From Octopus bimaculoides (Eukaryota), in contig NC_068986.1 in assembly GCF_001194135.2 (NCBI RefSeq), forward strand, positions 77,664,317-77,728,316: a DNA stretch of 64,000 bases, written 5' to 3'. Under the pieces are notes generated by a model, which was not told where the DNA came from, did no database searches, and saw only the letters and a list, made by a program, of their open reading frames with translations. Shown one piece after another: positions 51,276 through 63,627 of the stretch. The position numbers and the translations under genes are program-made. Each line of letters begins with the position of its first letter. The stretch's first letter is position 1.

Positions 51276-54200
51276 TGTATGCTGAGTTCAAATCCTCTCA
51301 AGGACAACGTTGGCTTTCATCATTTCAGGGTCAATAAATAAAGTATTAGTGCAGGATATTGGATTGGCAGAATTGTTAAAGCATCAAGTGGGATGTTTTG
51401 TAGTACCTATTCTGGATCTGTGTGCTCTGAGTTCAAATTTTGCATAAGGATTCCAATTCCAATAATAGCAATGTCATTATCTTTCATGCATTAAAAGAAA
51501 GCATTGAGGCAGTTTGTTGTGGCAGATAACAATCAGACAGGCCTCTAACTGTCTCAGCAAAGCTTTACAATGGATACAGGGTATTTTTTTGAAAACTGAT
51601 CAATGTCAGGATTGAATTCACAATTATTTCTTCACACTAATGAAACCCACAAACAAATGGTGCCAGACTTTCAGAAACTGCAGAAACATCCTTGACAACC
51701 AGGAAATGCCAACAATACTGGTAATATTACTTTTATACCTTTGATTGTGCTTAAATAGCTTTAATGGCTTTTGATGATGTTAAGAGCAATGTTTTGATCA
51801 GGAAGGATTGCAATATCAGTGAGAGCATTTTAAGCTGTTATTACTGTTATTTTACTGTCTCAAATGTTGTTTCAAAGTCAAGCTATGATTCTAAAACTAG
51901 ATACATTATTTATTGCAAGCAAATTAAAATATAAAATACCACTTTGGAATCCTGTTCTAAAAACAGCTTGCTCCAACATTTTCATTTAAGTATCCAACTT
52001 TTATGAGAGAAAAATTAGTATATTTGTTGGAGTGTTGAATTAGATATCTTGTGGGAATCTGTTTTGGTTGATTGCATTCTAAGTTCAAATCCTACAGAGG
52101 AAAAGTTTGACTTCTATCTTTATAAGGTTGATAAATAAAGTTCCAGTCCAAGATAATGGTTTGTCAGGATCGTTAGAGCATCAGACAAGATCTCTTGTAT
52201 CTATTCCAGCTTTGAGCATTTAGAATTCACCATTTACAGTGGAGCAATCTCTAATGGGAGAGTAAGTAAAAAGAAAAAAACTCCAGAAAAATAAGACACC
52301 AAATTTAAAAGAGTTTGTGTCCTTATTGAGGAAGGACAATCTAAGAACACTAAGTTCTCATTAAGCATCTATGACAAGAATGATGAAGAAGAAGAAGAAG
52401 AAGAAGAAGAAGAAGAAGAATATTTAACTGAGGCTATGTGGCTGTGAAGCAAGTTTCCTAGCCACACAGCAATTCCCCGGAATATTTTTCAATCAAATCA
52501 AATAATAAAAATCTTGTAGATGTACACTATAGCAATGTGTTATTGTTTTTAATCTGATTAATAGGATGGTAAAATAAACAAAACAAGAAAGTAATAAAGA
52601 GACCCGCAAACATCGAGGGTCAATGTTTGATTATTACAAAAGTTTGTGTGTGTGGCCTAGTGGTTTGAGCGTTGTGCTTATGAGCATAAGACCATGAGAT
52701 TGATTCCTGGCTCATGTAGTGTGTTGCCTCCTTCACATTGCTACAAAATGTGTGAGCCTTGAGAGCGATAGTTCAGACAGGGGTAGTGCTAATTGGGCAT
52801 AAAGTGGGGCTTGTTCAGTCTTAGCTGGGTCACTTGGGTGAGGGTGTCTGAGTGTTGAAAAGCCTAAAACACCCACTGACCTCAGGAAACATCACTGATG
52901 ATATGTCCAGGTACATTGAGAATCATAGCTGGAAATGAGTATTAGTTCTACTAGAGCAGTCCTCTCTCCCTCCAGCTGAGACATCCTGGATGTTCTGCCA
53001 AGTCAAGAGTGAGATTGCTGAGAGAGTGTCTATGCCTGCTTGTGAATAAGTAGGCATCTAAAATGATTCTTTCTAATTTTGGCACAGAGTCAGTAATTTT
53101 GCAGAGAGGTGGGGGTCAAGTCAATTTCATCAACTCCAATAATTGAATCTTATTTTATCGACCCATGAAACGATGGAAGTGTAAGTTGACCTTGGGGGAA
53201 TTTAAACTCAGGAATGAAAGAGCTAGAAGATATTCTGCTCAGCATTTTGTCCAACATACTAATGATTCAACCAGCTCACAGCTCTATAAGTACTTAAGAT
53301 AACGAATGTATTTGCTGGTAAGTGATGGTCATGGCTCTCTCTTCCACCCTCCTCTTCTTTTCTCTCTCTATATATACTTATACATATGTACACACGCATA
53401 CACACACACATGCACACACACATATTTTTGGTGGGGAATTTAATCCAAATCAGTGAAAATTTCCTTGATAAGGATGAAACCAGCCTCTATTGTGTACTTT
53501 AAAATTAGGCTACTACATAGTCAGGTCCCATTTCTGAATAACAGCCAATGGCTGTTTATAATCAGAAATCGTGATTTTGATTCTTGATTTAGAATGAGGT
53601 GTAACTTTTTTCCCTCTATCTTTGATATAGTATTTTTTGTATCATTCTTGTGACATATAATTTTCCTTCTGCTCTTTTCCATCTGGTAGAATAGTTTACT
53701 TTTATTTTAATATTTTTTCTTCTTCTTTTGGTGCAGAGGTAATTATTCATTCTTAAATGTAATGCATAAGTTAAAGGCTTGATTCCAGTGAAAGTTTAAT
53801 ATTTTGTATTTAGGAAAACAAATTTTTTTCTCCCATCATCTATATTAATCATCACATTGGTAAAATATAAAGTGAAAGTTCAAATGTAGTTGAAATTAAA
53901 TATTCTATGGATCAGGTTCTTTTTTTTTTCTATTGTCTGTTTTCATCATCATCATCATCATCATCATCATTATTTAGCATCTGTCTTCCATGCTGGCTTG
54001 GGTTAGACAGTTTGGCTAGAACTGGTAAGTTGGAGAGCTGCCCCAGGCTCCAGTCTGTTTTGGTTATGTTTCTATAGCTGGATGCTTTTCCTAATGCCAA
54101 CCACACCATAAAATATACTAGTTGTCTTCTACATGTCACCAGCACGAGTACCTTCTACATGTCACTGGCATGTGTGCCGTTTACATGTCACTGACACTGG

Positions 54201-54679
54201 CCATGTTTTATGTCTTTATATCTCATTGGTCCAGGTTATAGGCAACCATATTTATGTTATTAGTGAATTTAAGCTTATTGGAGTGACTACATTTGGTAGC
54301 ATATAAGATTAATTTTTTCCCCCCAAGATGTCTCAAAAAATCACCCCAGGTCTTACAGTCGTGGCCAAAAATTTGGAACAATTTAAAAATTAAAATTATT
54401 ATACTCAATATATGCTCTGACTAAATATAACTTTAGACATTTAATATAAAAATTCTAATTTCCTGGCCTATGTTCCGAACTTTTGGTCACAACTCTATAC
54501 GCAAAGTTGAGTCTCCTGTAAGCTAATCTTGTTCCTGGTACTCTTTTTTCTAAATATGTGCAGCTGAAATTGGAGAGCGTCTAATATGCCATCAAATATC
54601 ATATGTATAAACCAGAAATGTACAGGAAAATAGGAAACAGAGGAGTGAAGAAAGATGCCTTTATTCATGAAGGTGATGC

Positions 54680-55202
54680 ATTCAATAATATTTGAAAGCT
54701 TTTCACTGGGAAGTTTGTTCAAACTGGGTAGGTTTTGCATGGTAAAGATGTAACCATTTGCTGTTGTGCCATAGACTTATTCTACCACATAGCCAAGTTC
54801 TGTCACAGTCAAAAGCTACTTATAGTCAGAAATTGCGATGAACTTTGTACTTTTAATTCCTGGTTCAGTATGGAGGATAGCTTTTTCTCCTTTAAGATCA
54901 TATTTTCTGCAGCATTCATGTGACTAGTCATTTTGTTATACTTTCTCTATGTAATAAAACAGTTAAATTTTTTTATAAGAAAAATACTAGATCTATTTCT
55001 GAATTTGGAATTAAGACTATGAAGTTTGTCACTATTTCTTACTAGAATCAGCCTTTGACTTTTAATTGCAGATTGAGCCTGGCTGTATGGTAGAATAATT
55101 CTATAGCACAACAAATGATGGTTTTTATCCATAACTAATAAAACTTCATTTGTTTGTATAAACTTCCTAAGTCAAGTGAGACATTTAAATGTTATTGAAT
55201 AC
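54680..55202. repeat. Diverged long inverted repeat (arms about 54680-54890 and 54975-55202)
   Basis: Collinear blocks ATTCAATAA.ATTT, GGAAGTTT.T.CAAAC, TGTTGTGC.ATAGA.TTATTCTACCA, AGTCAAA.GCT and TTAATTCC...TTCAG are shared between the arms; roughly 65-70% identity by eye. Confidence 0.78.
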
Positions 55203-55758
55203 TTCCAGCTTGGGGAATGATGGTAACTGTGCTCAAACTTGTATTTCATTTAACTTATCCCATTTGCCTATAGGTCATACATATTTTTGAAAAGCTTAAC
55301 TTAGTCTTAAATTCACCAATAATATAAATATAATTATCAATGAGTTGTACCAATGAGTTATAATGCTATCAAAGCATTTGTTTGCAGGAGATGGGAGAAA
55401 GAACAATGTAGAATACTTAAAGTAACTGGAACTGAATCTTCTCTCAGTGTTTTACATTGAATATTAATAACAAATGCTGAGAGAAAATATAATCCTTTTT
55501 ATAAATACAACATGGTTTATTAAACTTTAACTGGATTTGAAACTTCAACCTATTCTTTGCATTGCAAAATCAATAATTACTTATTCTACTTGACAGAAAG
55601 TGAGGGAAACTGATGTGTCACATGACTGATACAAAAAGTACTAGGTATATGTGCATGTGTGTGCATATGTGTGTGTATTATGTATATGTATGATATATAT
55701 ATATATATATATATAAGTACAAGAGATAGAGAGAAGTTCAACTTGGAAGTTCAACTAA

Positions 55759-55793
<35 letters not shown>

Positions 55794-55827
55794 GTGTGTG
55801 TGTATATATATATATATATAGTGTGTG

Positions 55828-55928
<101 letters not shown>

Positions 55929-56352
55929 TAGCAGTTGTAATCAGCCTTGTCTGGATTTATGGAAAATATCATATTGACTATAACCTTCTTGGAAAGGCAT
56001 GCCTCCACACACAATTTTAACTACCTAGGTAGAAAACTGTGGCCTACATCTTAGAACATCCATACATATATGCATACATAGATGCATACATGCATACGTA
56101 CATACATACATACATACATGCATACATACATACATACATACATACATACATACATGATTCTCTTATATTAGTGAATATGTTTCTGTGTTTATATATGTAT
56201 TTGTTAGCATGCGTGTGTGTGTGTGTGTGTATGTGTGTGTATGCACAGAGCATTTAGCCTTGCTGTAGAAGTATTTTATATAAGCATCAGGTGAAATCCC
56301 ATTTCTTCCACACATCCTTACACTCTCTTCCTCACTCACACTTGCAAAGATT

Positions 56353-56384
<32 letters not shown>

Positions 56385-56899
56385 TTCATACTACACAGAA
56401 ACACTCACTTACTTACCCACGCACCCACACTCATACAAAAATTGCCATCTATTTTTAACATTTGTTGTTCAATATTATGAACAGCCTGTACATATGATGT
56501 ATATTTCCATCATACCTCAGTAGAATTGATTCCATATTGATTAAATATTGATTTGACAATAATGATACATTATCTGAGAATACAGAAAAATGAATAGGAA
56601 ACATTCTTAGCTATAGTCATGTGTGTATGTGTGTGTGTGAAAATGTACATATGTGTCCTTATGCTGACAAAGAATGTAGTATAAATGTGTATGTATTTCT
56701 ATGTTTTTGTGCATAGGTGCAGGCATGGATGTGAGGTTAAGAAGCTTACATTGTAATCATATGCTTTTGGGTTTGATCCCACTGCACAGCACATTAGGCA
56801 AGTGTCTTTTAATAAAACCTCGCCTTGTGAGTGAACTTGGTAGATGAAAACTGTGTAGAAGCCTGTCATGTGTACATATATATATATATATGTAGTGAA

Positions 56900-57160
56900 A
56901 CTAACACCTCGATCGCCATTATATACAAAGAAGCCATCTTCCCTGCTGTTATAAATATAAACAAGCGTGGGCGTAGTAGAAAACATCTCTTTCCTTGTCA
57001 TCACCTGACTGATTATTATTTGAAGCGGCAACTGCTTCGTACTGTTCCCGCCAGAACGCAAACTGACCAATCACAGCCCCTAATAAGGTCACGTGATAGT
57101 GTTTTTCTAATACCTCTCTGGAGTCCCTATTTTGCTTTAAATAGCCTGCTAGATACCCAG
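56900..57160. promoter_or_regulatory. CpG-rich promoter region, possibly bidirectional
   Basis: CpG is abundant here against a CpG-poor background. Motifs: CCAAT 57067-57071, palindromic E-box GTCACGTGAT 57088-57097, TATA-like TATAAATA 56950-56957 and TTTAAATAG 57136-57144, YY1-like CGCCATT 56914-56920 and GCCATCTT 56933-56940. Confidence 0.7.
56906..56937 (-). CDS. Speculative first coding exon of the minus-strand gene (MASLYIMAIE)
   Basis: Two in-frame ATGG starts (56937 and 56919) at the left edge of the CpG island, followed by GTTAGT (or GTGTTA) donor-like sequence. It cannot be linked to downstream exons. Confidence 0.2.
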
Positions 57161-57513
57161 CTAATTCGTCTCGGTTCAGATCTCTTAGAGACCTGTTCCG
57201 TGTACCACACACAGCAGCAGCAGCCAGCGACAACAACCAACAGCTTCGTACAACTACGACTACCAGCATTGCCACCGGTCAACACGACACTACTACTACC
57301 ACCAGCGTCAACACCACTTCAACTACGAACTACAAGATTCGCCACCGACGTCGCCAACATCGTCAACACGACTTTCCACGTACACAAGCTACCAAACAGT
57401 AACCGCGGCACTTCTCTCTTCGATTCTGTTTGTGCGATTCACCTTCGCCACGTTAGACAACAGACAAGAACCTAGCCTGCGACGAACAACTGTATACAAG
57501 AACCCGGCTTGGC

Positions 57514-57615
57514 ATGGAAGCCCTAACATCACAACGAGTGATCGCTCTGCCCCACACGCTTCAACTTCTTACATACAGACTGTTCCTATTGTGTACTCAA
57601 CAAACTGGCAAATTC
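57514..57615 (+). CDS. Probable first coding exon of an unidentified plus-strand gene (MEALTSQRVIALPHTLQLLTYRLFLLCTQQTGKF), preceded by a 5' UTR from about 57160
   Basis: This is the first ATG after about 350 nt of ATG-free, CpG/CAG-rich leader, in strong Kozak context (GGCATGG). After 34 codons a phase-0 GTATAT follows and composition shifts to AT-rich. No downstream exon was found in the window. Confidence 0.5.
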
Positions 57616-59328
57616 GTATATGTGTTACTGACTCTTTTTATATCTGCTGTATATCACGCATACACATACATGTATCACTTATACACACTCTTTTCTTTAT
57701 ACAACGGCCTGTCTTTTATTATGTTTTCATTATGTCGCATTCAAACTCACACACAGACAGACATTTTAATGTCACAATAAATATTTCTGTTATTCATCTC
57801 TATCGGTTGTGTTCTATCGTCTTCCTTACTGGCCATTTACGAATTCACTATGTTATCGAAGTATAACATATATATCATCATTTGATATATTTTTGTGTTC
57901 GACCATGTGACGTGTTTAAATAAAAGGAGCCCTGTTTTTCCATTTGTCACCATTTCTCCTTTTGGGTTCGCACGGTCGTTCTTATACATATATGTGTGTG
58001 TTTTTGTGTTTGTCCTTTCTCCATCACTTTGATAAACAGTGCTGGTTTGTTTACAACCCTGTTCAGCCTAAATACTAATAAAATAAGTACTAGACTTAAA
58101 TAAGTATCAGGGTCAATTAGTTTAACTAAACCCTTCAGTGCAGTGCCCCAGCATGGCCACACTCCAATCACTGAAACAAATAAAAGATAAAGAATATGTA
58201 TTTGTGTGTGTGTGAAAATATGTGTCCTGAAGTAGACATGTAGCAGAAGAATGTAATGTATATATATATATATATATATGTGTGTGTTTCTATGTATCTG
58301 TGACGGCATGTGGCTTAGAGGTCAGAATATTCTGTTCATGATTGTGAGGTTGCGAGTTCAATTTCTGGCAAGGTACATTCTGTGTCACACTGAATCTCCC
58401 TGAGAACTACATTAAGGGTACTCATGTTTGTTGAGTGCTCAGCCATATACACATTAATTTCATGAGCAGGATGTTACATTGATCAGATTGACTGGAACAC
58501 TTGTCTACATAACTGGCGGTGTGCCTTCTCTCTCTCTCTCTCTCTCCCTCCCTATCTATCTACCTATCTTTCTCTCCCTCACGTATCTGTTTAATGGTTG
58601 CAGATATGGCCAAGTGGTTAAGAAGTTTGTTTTGTAATAGTAAAGTCCCAGGTTTGATCCCACTGTGTGGTAGTACAGACAAAAGTTATATCAAATTGAT
58701 TCATGTCATGAGTAAAACTGAAGAGAGAGGAAACTGTGGAAGCCTCTCAGCTTGGCTGTACTTGTAATTCAAAGAATCATAATTTTCACACAGTGTCATG
58801 CTGATTGTGCTTAAGGGTTACACTAAATGTGAAGGGTACCTGTGTCTGTAGAATACTCACTCATCATCATCATCATTATTGTCGTTGTCATCATCATTTA
58901 ACATCTACCTTTTACATCTACTGTTTTGATGGTTGTATCAGTTCAATGGAATTTGTTGAGGCAGATTTTCTTTAGCCAGATGCTCTTCCTGTCACCAACC
59001 CTCACCTGTTTCTGAGTAAATTAGTATTTTCCCCATGGTAAGACATATTTTCACAGAAGACTGGCAATAAACAGCATCACTTGTATGATGGCGATGCTCA
59101 TTCTTGACCATAATGTCTAGACAAGGGTACATACAAATACACACACATACATACGTACACATACATAAACACACACACATATATGGTTGGTATTAAGAAG
59201 GGCATCTAGCCATAGAAACCATGTCAAAACAGACTATGGAACGTGGTGTGGCCAATGCCCTTACCAGTTCCTATTAAGCTGTTCAATCCATGTCAACATG
59301 GAAAACGGATGTTAGATGATGATCATGA

Positions 59329-59380
<52 letters not shown>

Positions 59381-61211
59381 ATATACACCTCCAGTGATGT
59401 TGAAATGGGAGGGTTGAGCCACATTCCATATCTTGTATTTTTTTCTCTGAACCAAATTCTAAATATGTAATTCATCTGAAGAGAATGGCCTTTTCCATGA
59501 CATAATCATTGAATTATTCATCGATAAAAAGCACACCTGAAACAGCTGTAGTGAACTTTTAACCTATTTGTGTTCTTATTTTATATATATTATATATTTG
59601 ACAGTCTTCTTTTAGTTTCCATGTACCAAATTCACTCACAATGCTTCAATTGACTCAAAAGCATAGTAGAAAACACTTGCTCAGAGTGCCAGGCAGTGAG
59701 ACTGAACCCAAGACCAGATCATGTGTTTGGGATGCAACTGTCTTAACCATGCAGTCATGTCTAAACCTGTACACTATAATTTCAATGTGTAAGTAGTTCT
59801 GCTGATCAAACAACTTCAGTATTCATCATCAACACTGATGTATATCCATTATCTTATCTGTGTGTGTAGGTGTGTTGAGTGTGTGTAAGCATTTGCGTAT
59901 ACTACCATACACATTTGTTAATGGACCAATCACAAGTTCATTGTATTTCTAATAAGGGAGTGTCTGTACCTCAGTGTAGAACAAATATTTCAAAGGTTTA
60001 TTTTTAAAGCATCTTCTCTGTTTTCTCAACAGTTTTTACATTCTTTACTGATACAAACACACACATACACACAATCACACAATGTGCTATTCCATCAACA
60101 AAATACATAGATACATACACTTGTGAACACACATGCACCTACATATGCACATACACACATATACACATGATATATAGAACTTCTGACCGTAGTCACCATG
60201 TTATCAAGTTTCTGACATCATTGCTCCTGCTATCAGTTGTGCTAAGTAGCATGAAGCTATTAGGAAATATCTATGCTATTCAGAATATACAAGGATTAAG
60301 AAAAGGATATTATATGTGGATGCTTTGCACCTATCATATGTGTATGTGATATGCAAGATTATAAACCCATATCTAAATGTTTCATTCAATCTTACCTGAT
60401 CAACCGTACTCGACTGTGAGTCAAAATGAATAACGCATAATGGCTGAAAATTTTGAGTGCAGTAACCTTGTAAGCTAGTCATATGTCTCATGATATTAAA
60501 TGTCATTCAAAACACCATATGAATAAGAATGTTCTTTCTTATCACTCAGGTTTTTTTTCTTTCTGCAAGACACAGATCATTGCACTTTAGCTTATTTTGA
60601 AATACTAGTATATTGTTAAGAATTGCCTATGTAATATTTACATTCTTTTTTTCCAATCTCACTAACGTGAAATATATTTCAGAATGATGGACAGTTTTAT
60701 ATTTACAATATTCTTGTATTATTACTTTTAATAACACTAAATGCAATTTATATGAAATGGAATATTCACTGTGACTTTCTTGAATAGCTGTTAGAATCAC
60801 ACTCCTCTTGAAAACAGTTTATATATTGATATTATATGGCCGGTTATACCATACCATATTTATCATCATAGTTTTTAAGGACATACATTTGCTGTTACTT
60901 TAGCTTTCCTTTAAAATAGTTGTCAGTACCTTGTAATATTCTGTGTCTTAGGAAATAAATCACTAATCCTTTTGCTGATATCCTTGATTACATGCCTGAT
61001 GACAATTTAACAGGATGATTTGATATTAAATATATACAGGACAGATTGCCATTTTGTTTAACCATTATTAAATTTACTTCACCTGTTACTCTGAAGCCTA
61101 CTTCAAGGAATATTGCAAAGATTTGTTTTCTGAGTGTCAAAACAAGCCTCAACATAGTTACTTGTTCTGCTTGAGATAGCAGCCAAATTTTCTCCAAATC
61201 ACACTCTATCA

Positions 61212-61424
61212 TCTAAATCCTTTTGTCATCATATTTCTGGTGAAATATACTGCTATTAAAAGTACAAAGAATTTAGTAATATAATTTTGTCATTATCAAG
61301 CAGTTGTTTTGAACATAAATTAACACAAAATTTTGATGGATTGTTTTAATTTAGATCACTTTAAAACAGAAAATTTGTATCAGAACAAGTGGTGGTCTCA
61401 GTGAGTTAGTATTAAAAGGGTTAA
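61212..61424. mobile_element. piggyBac-like MITE
   Basis: Ends AAAGGG-TTAA; body shared with 24242-24420. Confidence 0.55.
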
Positions 61425-62069
61425 ATAAAGAAAGGACAGATTATATAGTGTAGTCTTAGATAACACTTGAAAAACAGAATAGTCTTGATTGGAATACCTT
61501 TAATTAAAAATCTACACCATAAGGGTTAATGTGGAGCTAAACAATAAGAGCAAGTCCAAGTGATACTTTAATCACTGATGTGTAAAACTATGCCAATACA
61601 AACAAACAGGTTACTTAGAGTGATATGCATAAGTAAACCTGTTAGTTTGTCAATGATATCCAGAGTAGAATCAACACTGCTTACTCCATTTTTCGACCAG
61701 TATGTTTCCTTGCTGATAAAGAGAAATTTCCATGGCATGCATAAAGAGATGCAAACCATTCAGTATGATGTTTGTAAATGTTTTGGTACATTGATGATGG
61801 CTTTTAAGAGTAGCCTTCAGCTTATTGAATATTAATGATGTTGACTTTAGAAAAAACAGAATTTACCATTGGTTTGAAAGCCAAGGAATGCAGTCTTATG
61901 ATGATAGGTTCATAAAAAAATAAATCCCTTTCAGTAGTTATTCATTAAATTTACAACAAACTGATGAGTAGTTCTTGAGACAAGACTGGTTGCATGAAAA
62001 CTTTAGTTTGAAAGTAAAATTGCTGTTTAATTACAGTTAAAAATAAAAATTATTTATCTATTATTATTA

Positions 62070-62131
<62 letters not shown>

Positions 62132-62269
62132 GTGTTTTCTTCTTTCAATTTTGTTTCCATTTCTTGCCAAGTGTCTTCCCACAGCAAAGAAACTCACTGT
62201 ATACATTGATAGGCCATTAAAATAAACACTAGATTGTTCAGTTACAAAGTCAAGTAATGTGACAAAAAA

Positions 62270-62580
62270 AAAAAAAAGAAAAAATGAAAAAAGTGAAACA
62301 AAAGTAAAATATAAAAATGATATAGGTTGTAATCATTCTCAGTCTCTCAGCAACAATGCTCTTCTCAACATCTATGACGTCCCAATTAAAACAATTTCTT
62401 GCACTTCTTGCATGGATCTTGCCAGAGATCATTCTCAAATAATTTCCAGTTCCTTTTTCAATCATTCGAAGTGCTCCTACAATCACTGATATTGTAACTG
62501 ACTTGAGATGCCACAGTTTTTCAATGAACAAATCTTTATATTTTCTGAGCTTGTTAAATTCTTTTGCTAAGGTATCATGA
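62270..62580 (-). mobile_element. REL-type non-LTR retrotransposon 3' fragment
   Basis: KLRKYKDLFIEKLWHLKSVTISVIVGALRMI matches the K..KY.DL..E...W......VIVGALG pattern. Confidence 0.7.
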
Positions 62581-62639
62581 TCACAAGGAATACTACTGTC
62601 ATCATCATCATCATCATCGTCGTTGTCGTCATCATTATT

Positions 62640-63180
62640 ATTGAGTGAGGAGCAATGCATGCCATCAGAGTGACACTGGGGTACAAATAAACAAAGCCCA
62701 ATATACCCATCATGACTATCTGTCTGATAACAGTACAACAGGTACATACATCACAACCATATGTGCATGATATGGTGATCTCATATCAAGATAAACAGCA
62801 CATGACCTTGCAGGTGGGGCCCAATTAGAATTTTCAAGTCAAGTAGTCCATCTTACTCAAAAGGTCCCTGAATAAGGGTTGTTTAAGGATGTTGAACAAA
62901 ACACCTGTTTCCAGAGGTGAATTATCCAAACCCCAAAGAATTCCTTTCAACACATGGCTATGGTGCTCACCCACTACTTCTGTTTGGGATCAGAGACGCA
63001 CATATCATCAGCCACTAAGGAACATGCTCAACCAGTTAAGTCAAGCAAATCTGTGGTATTGAGCAGAATATGTGCTGTAGCCCATCTTTTTATACCAAGA
63101 CAAAACAATGTACATGATAACACTTCCAATCAGTTAAGATCGGAAACCATGAGAGCCACTGACTGGTATTGCATCAGAGC
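62640..63180 (-). mobile_element. Putative 5S-rRNA-derived SINE (SINE3-like), near full length
   Basis: Head has GCAATACCAG..CCGATCTTAACTGATTGGAAG..GATGGGCTACAGC..AATACC, collinear with 5S rRNA GCCATACCAC..CCGATCTCGTCTGATCTCGGAAG..GATGGGAGACCGC..AATACC; (AAT/GAT)n tail. Confidence 0.55.
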
Positions 63181-63214
63181 ATCAATTATTACCATTATTA
63201 GCATTACTATTCAT

Positions 63215-63540
63215 CATCATCATCATCATCGTCGTCGTCATTTAACGTCCACTTTCCATGCTGGCATGGGTTGGATGGTTTGACTGAGGACTGGCAAGCC
63301 AGAAGGCCGTACCAGGCTCCAATCTAATCTGGCAAGGTTTCTACAACTGGATGCCCTTCCTAATGCCAACCACTCTGAGAGTGTAGTGGGTGCGTTTTAC
63401 GTGCCACCAGCATGAGGGCCAGTCAGGTGGTTCTGGCATCGATCACGCTTGAATGGTGCCTTTTACGTGTCACCAGCAGGGAGGGAGTCAGTCAGGTGGC
63501 ACTGGCAACAACCATGCTCAACTGGTGCTTTTTATAATAA
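63215..63540 (-). mobile_element. RTE-LINE 3' tail fragment
   Basis: Reverse complement of the tail at 36300-36640. Confidence 0.85.
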
Positions 63541-63627
63541 AAATAATAAGAATAATAGTAATGGGTGCTGCCTGACTGGTCCTGTTACTATTATTATTGT
63601 TATTATTATTATTATCATTATTATTAT

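Noticed and set aside
51540-51700. NPQTNG motif reminiscent of an LTR integrase
   Set aside because: The surrounding D,D-E context is not recoverable; too degraded to call.
56831-57475. 214-codon plus-strand open frame
   Set aside because: It starts at a GTG inside a SINE, has no usable ATG, crosses promoter motifs, and the T-poor strand explains the lack of stops.
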